A DNA stretch of 64,000 nt from the NCBI GenBank assembly GCA_030704615.1, contig CM060732.1, positions 14,198,001-14,262,000 on the forward strand. The letters are read 5' to 3'. The position numbers and the translations under genes are program-made. Under the pieces are notes generated by a model, which ran no database searches, was not told where the DNA came from, and saw nothing but the letters and a program-made list of their open reading frames with translations. This DNA is from Takakia lepidozioides. Lineage: Eukaryota > Plantae > Bryophyta. Shown here one piece after another: positions 13,805 to 25,034 of the stretch. Numbering within the stretch: position 1 is the stretch's first letter; every line of letters starts with the position of its first letter.

Positions 13805-14242
13805 TGGCCTACGTCCGAAGTATAATTTTCGGAGCTTGCGACGAGGTCTCCTGTATGGTGCACGAACTCCCCCCCTCTCAGGTTCGAGCATAAGAAGAAC
13901 AGAGACAGGGAAAAGGGGCAAAGAGTGCAGATGGAAGGGCGCGAGAGGGGTGACTGAGGAGACACGACAAAAGTAGATGAAACGGCGGTGATGCACCACT
14001 TGGGTTCAAAAGGGTTGGACGAAAGTGTCTCCTCGTGGACTTTGCGTCATTACGAAATTCGAATCGTTCAAGGTACGCCTGCCGTCCGAAAAAACAAACA
14101 TCATTATCCAACGGTCAGGCCGCGCCGCCTCATGCCACTTCAGTCAGATAGAGTGCAGACATGTGCCGCAATTCCGTTGCTCCACGTGTTCACATTTCAA
14201 GGCATTTCCGTCCCAGCGTCTGATGAGTTGGAGTGAAAATGC

Positions 14243-15595
14243 GAATGCGGCGCCGCATTTCCGTTAAGTACCATCACGAAGCTACACATCCGTACTTGTT
14301 GGAAGAAAATGCGGCACCGCATTTCCGTTCCACCTTCACATACCTTAGTTGTTGAACGGAAATACGGTGCCGCATTTCCGTTCAGGAATGTCGAAAGGTG
14401 CGATTCGGACGGAAATGCGGCACAACATTTCAGTTCCCGTGGTTCATGATTTTCAATCTGAACGGAAATACGGTACCGCATTTCCGTTCTCCCTTCACAT
14501 ATCTTAGTTGATGAACGGAAATGCCGTGCCACATTTCCGTTCGGGAAAGTATAGAGGTCTCACCTGAACAGAAATGTGGTGCCACATTTCCTGTCTGGAA
14601 AGTTTGAAGGTCTCACATGGATGGAAATGCGGCATCACATTTCCGTCCCACAGCTCCAGGCCTCATATACAAAACGGAAATGCGGCGCCGCATTTCTGTT
14701 CCCGTTGTTCACGATTTTCAGTCAGAACGGAAATGCGGTACCGCATTTCCGTTCTGTAGAGTATTAAGGTCTGACCCTGGCGGAAATGTTGTACCGCATT
14801 TGTGTTCCACAGCTCCATGCCTCACATACAAAACGGTAATGCGGCGCCGCATTTCCGTTTTGGAATGTCAGAAGGTGTGACTCCGACGGAAATGCGGTAC
14901 CACATTTCAGTTCCGATGTTTCACGATTTTTCATCAGAACGGAAATGCGGTGCCGCATTTGCGTTCTGGAATGTTGGGAGGTGCGACTCGGATGGAAATG
15001 CGCTGCCGCATTTCAGTTCCGATGGTTCACGATTTTTAGTCAGAACGGAAATGCGGCACCGCATTTCCGTTCTGGAGAGTATGAATGTCTCAAGTGGTCG
15101 GAATTGCACTGTCTCAAGCGGTCGGAATTGCACTCGGCTCCATGCATCAGATACAAAATGGAAATGCGGTGCCGCATTTCCGTTCTGGAATGTCGGAAAG
15201 TGCGACTCGGACGGAAATGCGGTGCCGCATTTTCGTTCCCGGTTGTTCATAATTCTCAATCTGAACGGAAATGCGGTACCGCATTTCCGTTCTGGAGAGT
15301 GTTAAGGTCTCACCCGGGCAGATATGCGTTGCCGCATTTCCGTTCTGGAATGTCGGAAAGTGCGACTCGGACGGAAATGCGGTGCCGCATTTCGGTTCCA
15401 CCTTCACATACCGTGCTTGCTGGATGGAAATGCGTTACCGCATTTCCGTACCACCTTCACATACCGTGCTTGCTGGATGGAAATGCGTTACCGCATTTCC
15501 GTTCTGGAGAGTATTAAGGTTTCCCCCGGACGGAAACTCGGTGCGCTCTGGTGCATGACCAAGATGCAATACGGAAATGCGGCGCCGTATTTCCG
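14243..15595. repeat. Palindrome array 1 (24-bp CGGAAATGCGG-NN-CCGCATTTCCG, mostly 53-bp period, roughly 25 units)
   Basis: Directly visible repeats separated by ~29-bp spacers drawn from a small set of types. Confidence 0.95.
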
Positions 15596-17028
15596 TCCAC
15601 CAACAATCAAAAGAATCACTCGGGACGGAAAATCTGGAATGTGAATGGGTTGCATTGTTCCGAAACAACACAATTGCGGCCAGTCTTGATGAGCACAACT
15701 TGGTTGTCTGACCATTTTAACAAACAGTACAGGCACCTGTCAGTGCGAACGTTCCTGTCTGCACCGAGAATACTGCTGGATCCACCCTCAGGAGAAACTG
15801 TCAGGAGATGTTATTTCGTCGCCGAATCGGCCATCGTTGTCATACGTACTGGCTATGGAATCACACCTCCCACCTTCATGCATGTAGCTTGAAACAATAC
15901 TTTCCACTTCAATGTGCGACTTCCAATCGTCGATGGACTCCGCATGGTGCCTGTGAGCCTTGGTCTGTCGCTAGACTGAACCTCGCACTTGCCAACTTCG
16001 TGCGGTGTTCGATGGCTCCGAATTCCTACGCTATAGTTTGCTGTCTCCGCAATTGGGAGAGCCTGGATCCCAAACGAGGGAGGACTTTGCAGAGTGACTG
16101 AAACTTACCTTTGTTCCAAATTCAAGCTCAAATGCACCAGGGTTGAGCCCCCAGGAGGTTCACACTCTTCTAAATATGGATCCAGGGGACCAGTGAGCTT
16201 GGCTTGCGGTCCCAATACAATGGTACGCCCATCCGTTTCAGATAGTAGAACTGTACTGCTGCCAGTACCTCAGACTCTGGCCACAGAAAGGTCCGACATA
16301 TGTTTTGCCTACCAGTAACCTGTTTTGCTCGAACTAAGATATTACTATATCGTTCACTTGTTCCACGTGCATGTATTTTTGTATGTTGGAGGGTTCATGT
16401 TTTTCTGCTTTCCGAAAATTTGCTTTCCTCATTCGACCTCCGACAAGGAAATGCGGCGCCGCATTTCCAAGTATCGTCGTAGGTACTGGTAGAGGCGGCC
16501 TTCGCCAACACCAAACCGCTCCGGAATTTCGCACGTGCGAACCCTAATGCGGCACCTTATTTCCCAGTTCAGTTGCAAACCTTTCCCGCCGAATACCCGA
16601 AGAAGACAGAATTGTGAAGTAATGCAGACTCTATTGGTGCAGACTCCATTGGTTCAATCGCGGCAAAAGGGTCAGCTTCATTCCAATGTTAAGGCATGTA
16701 AAACCGCGGAATACTCTATACAGGCCAGTATGCGACGTCCTTTTGCAGTGGTATACTGGATTTCCCGTTGCACGGTCACTTATTTCCATGAGCGGATCTA
16801 AAAACCATGAGCGGACTTGTTACTGACGACATATCTTCGCGAGCATTACATGATCTGGAACGTCCAAAAACAGCAAGTCAAATTAAAAAACTATTATTTT
16901 AATACGTTTAATCTGCCCAAATTTGGAGGAGTCCGCTCATGAAATCCGCGTATCTTAGACTTCGGCTCACCGCTCATGCGGCTCATGGCTCATGGCTCAT
17001 GGTTTCTGCTCATGAAATAGTAAACCTC

Positions 17029-17411
17029 AAAGTCACCAACCAACAAAGGAGGGAAGCACATCTGGTCTACCTGCATGCTATCGGAACTGACTCCAAAAAA
17101 GAGGAAGCAAGCATGCAATTATCGGAGGCAGAACAGAGGTGGGAAGACATAAAAAGCAAACTCAAGATCGGCCCTGAGCTCACTCCAGAGCAGAAACAAC
17201 AGCTGCTGGAGGTGTGCAGAAGGAATCATCACAGCTTTGCCATGAATAAAGGTGACCTTGGCCATTGTGCTGATGTGGAGCACGAAATCAACACCCAAGG
17301 GTTTCCTGCAACCAGAAAGCTAGCAAACAGACTGTTAGAAGCTGAGGAGAACCTTGTACAAGAACAGATTGAAGCACTCATCTTACAAGGTAAAATGCGA
17401 ATCAGCAAGTC
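17029..17411 (+). pseudogene. Ty3/gypsy pol fragment (protease-RT linker and RT start)
   Basis: IGPELTPEQKQQLLEV...FA....DLG....VEHEINT......RL...E...V.EQI..L...G.MR.SKS is the typical gypsy RT N-terminus. Confidence 0.75.
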
Positions 17412-18249
17412 TGGAAGGTGAGGAGAGATTCGGTTCATGCAAGCGCAAACTCAACACCCCTCCTGGATTCGATGGTGATTCGCATCGACATGATAGAGAT
17501 AACTTCTCCATACCTCGTGTGCCTATGCCACCCACTTTCGTTTCTGCCACTCCCTTTGTAGGTGCATGTTCTTCTGCAGAATTTACTCCAAGGACTCCAA
17601 CTGCTACAGTGCGGGGAGAAGGAGAGAAGATGCTGCCGGTCGAATAGTCTGACTGTAGTGACGCAATGTGACACATTGAATGGACTCCCCAAGGATCAAG
17701 AGTCGGATGTTCCGCTGTCAGGACAACGTCATTTATGAAGTGCACCTTTAGAGTCTAGGCCTCACAAGTTCTGGTTCTGCCCTGATGACATTGTGTGTTG
17801 TGTGATAGGGACTGTTCGTGATTCAGTGATAATGAAGCCTTCAATTCCTGTCGTGTGGCCAGTGAAGGTGGGAACCTCACTCTCCAAAGAGGAAATTGAC
17901 ATGCTAGAGGAAGGTGGGTTTCACCTTCTAAGAGGCCCAATTATCCTAACACCCATTTCTGCAATGGCTTTCCTTCCGCATTTCCTGCACGTCCTCCAGG
18001 CAACAATTGGCCTACAAAAAGGAATGGAAAACAAGTCCGTCGGGTTGAGCCAGATGCAGATCAATATGAGTGCAAGATTGAGTCTGCTAGAACCCGGGTG
18101 ACCCAAATTGTCAATGTCCCCCCTCCAGGCTATGGGCGGGTGTACACTATGGTGACATCGGGATTTGTTGTTCATGACAAGACCTATGGGATTACTGTTG
18201 GCAATTTTCCAAATTGCACTTGCTCGGACTTCCAGAACATGCTCTCAAG
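17412..18249 (+). pseudogene. Fragment of a diverged MULE relative (transposase C-terminus up to the SWIM finger)
   Basis: KRKLNTPPGFDGDSHRHDR, KFWFCPDDIVCCV...PVVWPVKVGTSLSKEEIDMLEEGGF and PPPGYGRVYTM...YGITVGNFPNCTCSDF align by eye with ORF 19114-20508. Confidence 0.8.
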
Positions 18250-19090
18250 GAGGTTTACTATTTCATGAGCAGAAACCATGAGCCATGAGCCATGAGCCGC
18301 ATGAGCGGTGAGCCGAAGTCTAAGATACTCGGATTTCATGAGCGGACTCCTCCAAATTTGGAAATGCGGCAGATTAAACAAGTATTAAAATAATAGTTTT
18401 TTATTTGACCTTGCCGTTTTTGGACGTTCCAGATCATGTAATGCGGCGAAGATATGTCGTCAGTAACAAGTCCGCTCATGGTTTTTTAGATCCGCTCATG
18501 GAAATAAGTGACCGTGCAACGGGAAATCCAGTATACCACTGCAAAAGGACGTCGCATACTGGCCTGTATAGAGTATTCCGCGGTTTTACATGCCTTAACA
18601 TTGGAATGAAGCTGACCCTTTTGCCGCGATTGAACCAATGGAGTCTGCACCAATAGAGTCTGCAATACTTCACAATTCTGTCTTTTTCGGGTATTCGGCG
18701 GGAAAGGTTTGCAACTGAACTGGGAAATAAGGTGCCGCATTAGGGTTCGCACGTGCGAAATTCCAGAGCGGTTTGGTGTTGGCGAAGGCCGCCTCTACCA
18801 GTACCTACGACGATACTTGGAAATGCGGCGCCGCATTTCCTTGTCGGAGGTCGAATGAGGAAAGCAAGTTTTCGGAAAGCAGAAAAACATGAACCCTCCA
18901 ACATACAAAAATACATGCACGTGGAAACAAGTGAACGATATAGTAATATCTTAGTTCGAGCAAAACAGGTTACTGGTAGGCAAGACATATGTCGGACCTT
19001 TCTGTGGCCAGAGTCTGAGGTACTGGCAGCAGTACAGTTCTACTATCCGAAAGGATGGGCGTACCATTGTATTGGGACCGCAAGCCAAGC

Positions 19091-22000
19091 TCACTGGTCC
19101 CCTGGATCCATATTCAGAAGAGTGTGAACCTCCTGGGGAACCCTGGTGCATGTATGAAGTGATGAGTTGTGGAATTACAACGGAGTCTCTTTAGGTACAC
19201 GTAGTACAAATGCTTGCAAGGGCAGTATGATGCCCCCTTGTTCGCCATGATCTGGAAGTCGGTGCAATTGCAGGTAGGTAATTCTGAAATGGTGATGGTG
19301 TACACCTCATTGCAAACAGCTGAGCCTGCCGTGGCCATCTGATACACACGCCCGAATCCTGGTGGGGGCACTTCTGTCGAGCTCTGGATTGTACAGTTCA
19401 TCCGAAGTGCATTCCCCATCCTTGTCTCGTTCACTTTTGAGGGAGGTCGCCGCCTCTTCGGTTTCCCCCAACGGTGTGTAGGATGCTTAGAGCTGTCGTG
19501 TCCCATTGTTCTTGCTCTCACAGGGGTCGGTGGTGGAGGCTGTGGAAGCGGAAATGGTTGTCTGGGGACGTCAGTGCGCTGCACCATCCGAAATCCTGCG
19601 GCGGTAAGGGCATCGGCCTCAACCTGACTCAGATCGCAGCCTGGTTCCACCGGCCACACCGGGGGAGCCTCTGGCATTGTTTGTATGCCGTACTTGGGCT
19701 TTCCATACACGCAAGTCATAATGTCGTGCCTGCAGAACCAGAACTGGGTGGTTGTCGCCTCCGCAAACTTTGCATGGACAAATCTTCCTGTAAAAGTAGG
19801 AGCAGGGACAGCCCCATCTGGATTCCTCCTTATCATCTCTAAACAACGTTGCCGTGTATCCACACGAATTGCGGAACACCTTCCTCGAAACGACGGCTTT
19901 GTGCGAGCAATTCTCCACTGTGATGCAGACACAGTCGTCTCCACAATGGCTTGGCCATACTGCATAACAGCGGGCGGAATCTGGGGCAAGGGAGCGGTGG
20001 GAATTTCTTGCACGAAATCCCCGGTTGAAGGCGACGGCGATCTGGAATTTCTTGGGCTTCCACTGCTGGAAGACACATTGTGCGGCAACATGACGGGACC
20101 TCGAGGTGCTGTCCGAATGTTCCTGTCGGATCTCCAGGAATCCTCTTCGCACCCGGGTTCCTCTTCAATCCTCCGCCTCACAGGGCGAGTCCGGACGTCC
20201 CCCTCTAGGTGTTCACCTCTGCGGTGCAGAGGCGTCCCTTTGATCTTCTCTCGCAATGCTGTCGCCCATTTCAGTGGATTCTTGGACCTCGAAGCTGTTC
20301 GTACCAACAATTCCTCCCTGTCCGGCCCAAAGCCCCATTGTTTGCCGCTCAGGAACTTGTAGTACGTGGCTTGCTGCATGATTGCTCTGTCGATGTCCTC
20401 CGTTGTGGCCGTCACTACGTCCACCAGATGTGCGGCAGAAGACGCTCGCCAGGAGGAGTGGACCGATTCTGCCATATTCGTGTTCGGCATGTCCGTGTCG
20501 GAATCCAAGCACCGCTCCTAGAAGGACACAAACAATGGTGAGGGACCAATCGAAATGTCCGTAACAGAAAGACAAATGAACGAAAATGACAGCAGCCTAC
20601 CTCCCGCATGTACTGTCCGAACTGTCGATACCGAAAATGCCACCACCCCAACCAGCTGTGCAATGCTCCCAGATTGGTTGTCTCCACTGCACCTGACGTG
20701 TTCCACCAAGCCTCGATGATAGCAAACTTAACCTCCGCGTCATCAAATGTGGGTGCATCCTTCCACGCCGTACAAAGGACACGGTGTTCAGCCTGGAATG
20801 AGCTAGCAACAAATTTGGTAGTGTAGTGGGATAGACTCTGCATCCAATGGAATCCACAGGATCTCTCTTTCCCCTCCATTGGAACATTGGGGTCCTCACC
20901 GTACACACGCCGCACCGCTGCCCAGTTGGCCTGAGCGTTGTCTGCCATGAATCCCCTGAAATTGGGCTCTGGCAATCCCGCCCTTGCCATCTGCTCGTTT
21001 ATGCCCTCCCACAGATGCATCTCGGACTGTGTCCCCTCCCCTTTCATCTCGCAGATTGCAATCGTCATGAGCCTCTTGGAGTGATAGTCATAAACATGCG
21101 CACCCATAGTCACCCACTGATGGTTTGTAATTCGCTTGATGTGATCAAACATCACCCAAGCATTCGACAAGTTTCCAGTTGTCATGCGAGTGACCAAGTC
21201 GACTCCACTCCCAGGCCCACACGTCGACATTTTGAAAATGTAACAACGATCGGATTCGCTGCCTTGCCCTGGAAACCTGCTACCTTGGATGTAGTCATAT
21301 CCAGTCATTCGTTTCACCTCCAGGATTGAGTACATGTCCGACCCCCTGCCGAACTCCTGCTTGCAAGATACGATGTGATTCCGCACATTCGGACTACAAA
21401 CGTGCGAGACGGACTCCAAGAGGTCACGCATCTCGTCTTCGGTCAAGGGCTCTCGGTCGGAACCATCTTCAGACATGATTTTGCCAAGAGCAATCTTGTG
21501 GGCTGCCTTCAGCTGAATCTGCTTTGGTCTGGCTCCGGGGCTCAATTTCACCTCCTCTTTTATGATGTCGTGTGCTTCCTGCACAGCCTCACGCATGTTG
21601 CCTCTCGCCAAGGGGTGGCAGTGGACCCCAACGTGTATGCAAGCTCTAGTCAAGTCCGGGAGCAAATGGATTACGTAATATTGCTTGGCTCTGCACATGG
21701 ACATGCACGTCGGGGGTTCTTTGCAATGTGCACACTTGAAAGAACCCGCAGGAGCTTGGCTGGAGACAATGAATGGATGATGCGTTGTGCCAGTCCAATC
21801 CGTCTCGTTTCTCCGCCCTCCTTTGGAGAGAAAGTGGAAGCAGGTGGGATTGAGGCACCTCAGCTTCCCCGCACAGAGGACATATCGTACACGAACACCA
21901 TCAGCAATTTTCGTGCTACTGGTCTTCGTCACACACCAGGGGTGTCCGTCATGCTTTCGATCCATGTCTGTTAACATCCCGGAGGCTTTGTTTGACGAAG

Positions 22001-22898
22001 AAACAGGTGGAAACTCGAAGATGACATTGCCATCGACTTCGGGAGGCAGAAACGTTACCTTTCTGACTGGGAATTTGGCATAGTCGAGAGCAGCCAGCTC
22101 GGAGCGAGAACCATCGAGGTGATGTTGTCGTAGGAGCTGCACAATGGACCGGGTTGGAGTTATGCTCGAGGGCACATGCGTAGCACCTACAGAGACGTCC
22201 ATGCCGGATTTGAACGACCGTGTGGAGGACATGGGTACCTCAATGCAATCATCTTCCTCGTCGGAAATGTCGAATACGTCCACACGAGAAGCTATGGAGG
22301 GTCTTGACGGTCCAGGTCGGGAATGATTATCGTTGCATACCTCTCTGTTGGCAGTGGCCGCCTGTCGGTTTCCGGACTCCTTTGTGGATGGTGTGGGCAG
22401 CGACTGATTCGGAAAGGGAATGGGCATTCCCACAGCTCGGTACAGGATGGTGTCTGATGGGGGTACGTGCCATTCGATTCCGCAACCTCCGTCGTTACCT
22501 AGCACGACAATGGTCTCGTCAACCTGTCCAGGAACATCCTTCCTTTCTTCTTCCAAATAAACTGTGCCCGGTTTGAGCTTGAATTTGGAACAAAGGTAAG
22601 TTTCAGTCACTCTGCAAAGTCCTCCCTCGTTTGGGATCCAGGCTCTCCCAAGTTGCGGAGGACAGCAAACTATAGCGTAGGAATTCGGAGCCATCGAACA
22701 CCGCACGAAGTTGGCAAGTGCGAGGTTCAGTATAGCGACAGACCAAGGCTCACAGGCACCATGCGGAGTCCATCGACGATTGGAAGTCGCACATTGAAGT
22801 GGAAAGTATTGTTTCAAGCTACATGCATGAAGGTGGGAGGTGTGATTCCATAGCCAGTAAGTATGACAATGATGGCCGATTCGGCGACGAAATAACAT
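19091..22898 (-). CDS. MULE-type DDE transposase with GCM-like N-terminal zinc domain and C-terminal SWIM; intron 20518-20600; start codon uncertain
   Basis: W...T...CAG.L.C...C...CAHC..P...C...GVHCHP (GCM/WRKY-like), MFDHIKR (D1), FMADNAQ...CGFHW (D2 plus CxxH), TNMAESVH (E) and CNCTDF...CPCKH (SWIM). The GT-AG intron is at the same position in the 39-41 kb and 60-63 kb copies. Confidence 0.85.
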
Positions 22899-23110
22899 CT
22901 CCTGACAGTTTCTCCTGAGGGTGGATCCAGCAGTATTCTCGGTGCAGACAGGAACGTTCGCACTGACAAGTGCCAGTACTGTTTGTTAAAATGGTCAGAC
23001 AACCAAGTTGTGCTCATCAAGACTGGCCGCAATTGTGTTGTTTCGGAACAATGCAACCCATTCAGGTTCCAGATTTCCCGTCCCGAGTGATTCTTTCGAT
23101 TGCTGGTGGA

Positions 23111-24598
23111 CGGAAATACGGCGCCGCATTTCCGTATTGCATCTTGGTCATGCACCAGAGCGCACCGAGTTTCCGTCCGGGGGAAACCTTAATACTCTCC
23201 AGAACGGGAATGCGGTAACGCATTTCCATCCAGCAAGCACGGTATGTGAAGGTGGTACGGAAATGCGGTAACGCATTTCCATCCAGCAAGCACGGTATGT
23301 GAAGGTGGAACGGAAATGCGGTACCGCATTTCCGTTCTGATTGAGAATCATGAACAAAGGGAACAGAAATGCGGCACCGCATTTCCATCCGAGTCGCACT
23401 TTCCGACATTCCAGAACGGAAATGCGGCAACGCATATCCGCCCGGGTGAGACCTTAACACTCTCCAGAACGGAAATGCGGTAACGCATTTCCATCCAGCA
23501 AGCACAGTATGTGAAGGTGGAACGGAAATGCGGTACCGCATTTCCGTTCTGATTGAGAATTATGAACAACGGGAACAGAAATGCGGCACCGCATTTCCGT
23601 CCGAGTCGCACTTTCCGACATTCCAGAACGGAAATGCGGCGCCGCATTTCCATTTTCTATCTGATGCATGGAGCCGAGTGCAATTCCGACCGCTTGAGAC
23701 ATTCATACTATCCAGAACGGAAATGCGGTGCCGCATTTCCGTTCTGACTGAAAATCGTGAACCATCGGAACTGAAATGCGGCAGCGCATTTCCATCCGAG
23801 TCGCACCTCCCAACATTCCAGAACGCAAATGCGGCACCGCATTTCCGTTCTGATGAAAAATCGTGAAACATCGGAACTGAAATGCGGTACCGCATTTCCG
23901 TCGGAGTCACACCTTCCGACATTCCAAAACGGAAATGCGGCGCCGCATTACCGTTTTGTATGTGAGGCATGGAGCTGTGGAACGAAAATGCGGCACAGCA
24001 TTTCCGCCAGGGTCAGACCTTAATACTCTACAGAACGGAAATGCGGTACCGCATTTCCGTTCTGACTGAAAATCGTGAACAACGGGAACAGAAATGCGGC
24101 TCCGCATTTCCGTCCGAGTCGCACCTTCCGACATTCTCGAACGGAAATGCGGCGCCGCATTTCCGTTTTGTATATGAGGCCTGGAGCTGTGGGACGGAAA
24201 TGTGGTGCCGCATTTCTGTTCAGGTGAGACCTCTATACTTTCCCGAACGGAAATGTGGCACGGCATTTCCGTTCATCAACTAAGATATGTGAAGGGGGAA
24301 CGGAAATGCGGTACCGTATTTCCGTTCAGATTGAAAATCATGAACCACGGGAACTGAAATGTTGTGCCGCATTTCCGTCCGAATCGCACCTTTCGACATT
24401 CCTGAACGGAAATGCGGCGCCGCATTTCCCTTTTGTATCTCATACATGGAGCTGTGGGACGGAAATGCGGCACCGTATTTCCGTTCAACAACTAAGGTAT
24501 GTGAAGGTGGAACGGAAATGCGGTGCCGCATTTTCTTCCAACAAGTACGGATGTGTAGCTTCGTGATGGTACTTAACGGAAATGCGGCGCCGCATTCG
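23111..24598. repeat. Palindrome array 2 (roughly 28 units, 53-bp period)
   Basis: Same repeat and spacer types as array 1, in inverted order. Confidence 0.95.
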
Positions 24599-25034
24599 CA
24601 TTTTCACTCCAACTCATCAGACGCTGGGACGGAAATGCCTTGAAATGTGAACACGTGGAGCAACGGAATTGCGGCACATGTCTGCACTCTATCTGACTGA
24701 AGTGGCATGAGGCGGCGCGGCCTGACCGTTGGATAATGATGTTTGTTTTTCGGACGGCAGGCGTACCCTGAACGATTCGAATTTCGTAATGACGCAAAGT
24801 CCACGAGGAGACACTTTCGTCCAACCCTTTCGAACCCAAGTGGTGCATCACCGCCATTTCATCTACTTTTGTCGTGTCTCCTCAGTCACCCCTCTCGCGC
24901 CCTTTCCATCTGCACTCTTTGCCCCTTTTCCCTGTCTCTGTTCTTCTTATGCTCGAACCTGAGAGGGGGGGAGTTCGTGCACCATACAGGAGACCTCGTC
25001 GCAAGCTCCAAAATTATACTTCGGACGTAGGCCA

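Larger units (their letters stand above)
10560..17028 (+). mobile_element. MULE-like element copy 1: non-autonomous, transposase core deleted, left part truncated
   Basis: Near-identical inverted counterpart of 18250-28076, except that ~3.4 kb of transposase is missing at 16131/16132. Terminus ...TAGTAAACCTC at 17028. Confidence 0.9.

Noticed and set aside
14243-15595. CRISPR array (palindromic 24-bp repeats with ~29-bp spacers)
   Set aside because: Spacers recur in a fixed higher-order cycle, no cas genes are present, and the context is eukaryotic with spliceosomal introns. It is reported instead as a phased binding-site array.
20415-20600. C-terminal tail of the 827-aa ORF (VGCCHFRSF...)
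   Set aside because: Intron read-through. Splicing 20518-20600 restores the catalytic TNMAES exon.
19474-21974. Antisense ORFs (e.g. 19685-20362 and 21375-21974 on +)
   Set aside because: Shadows of the transposase on the opposite strand, with no motifs of their own.
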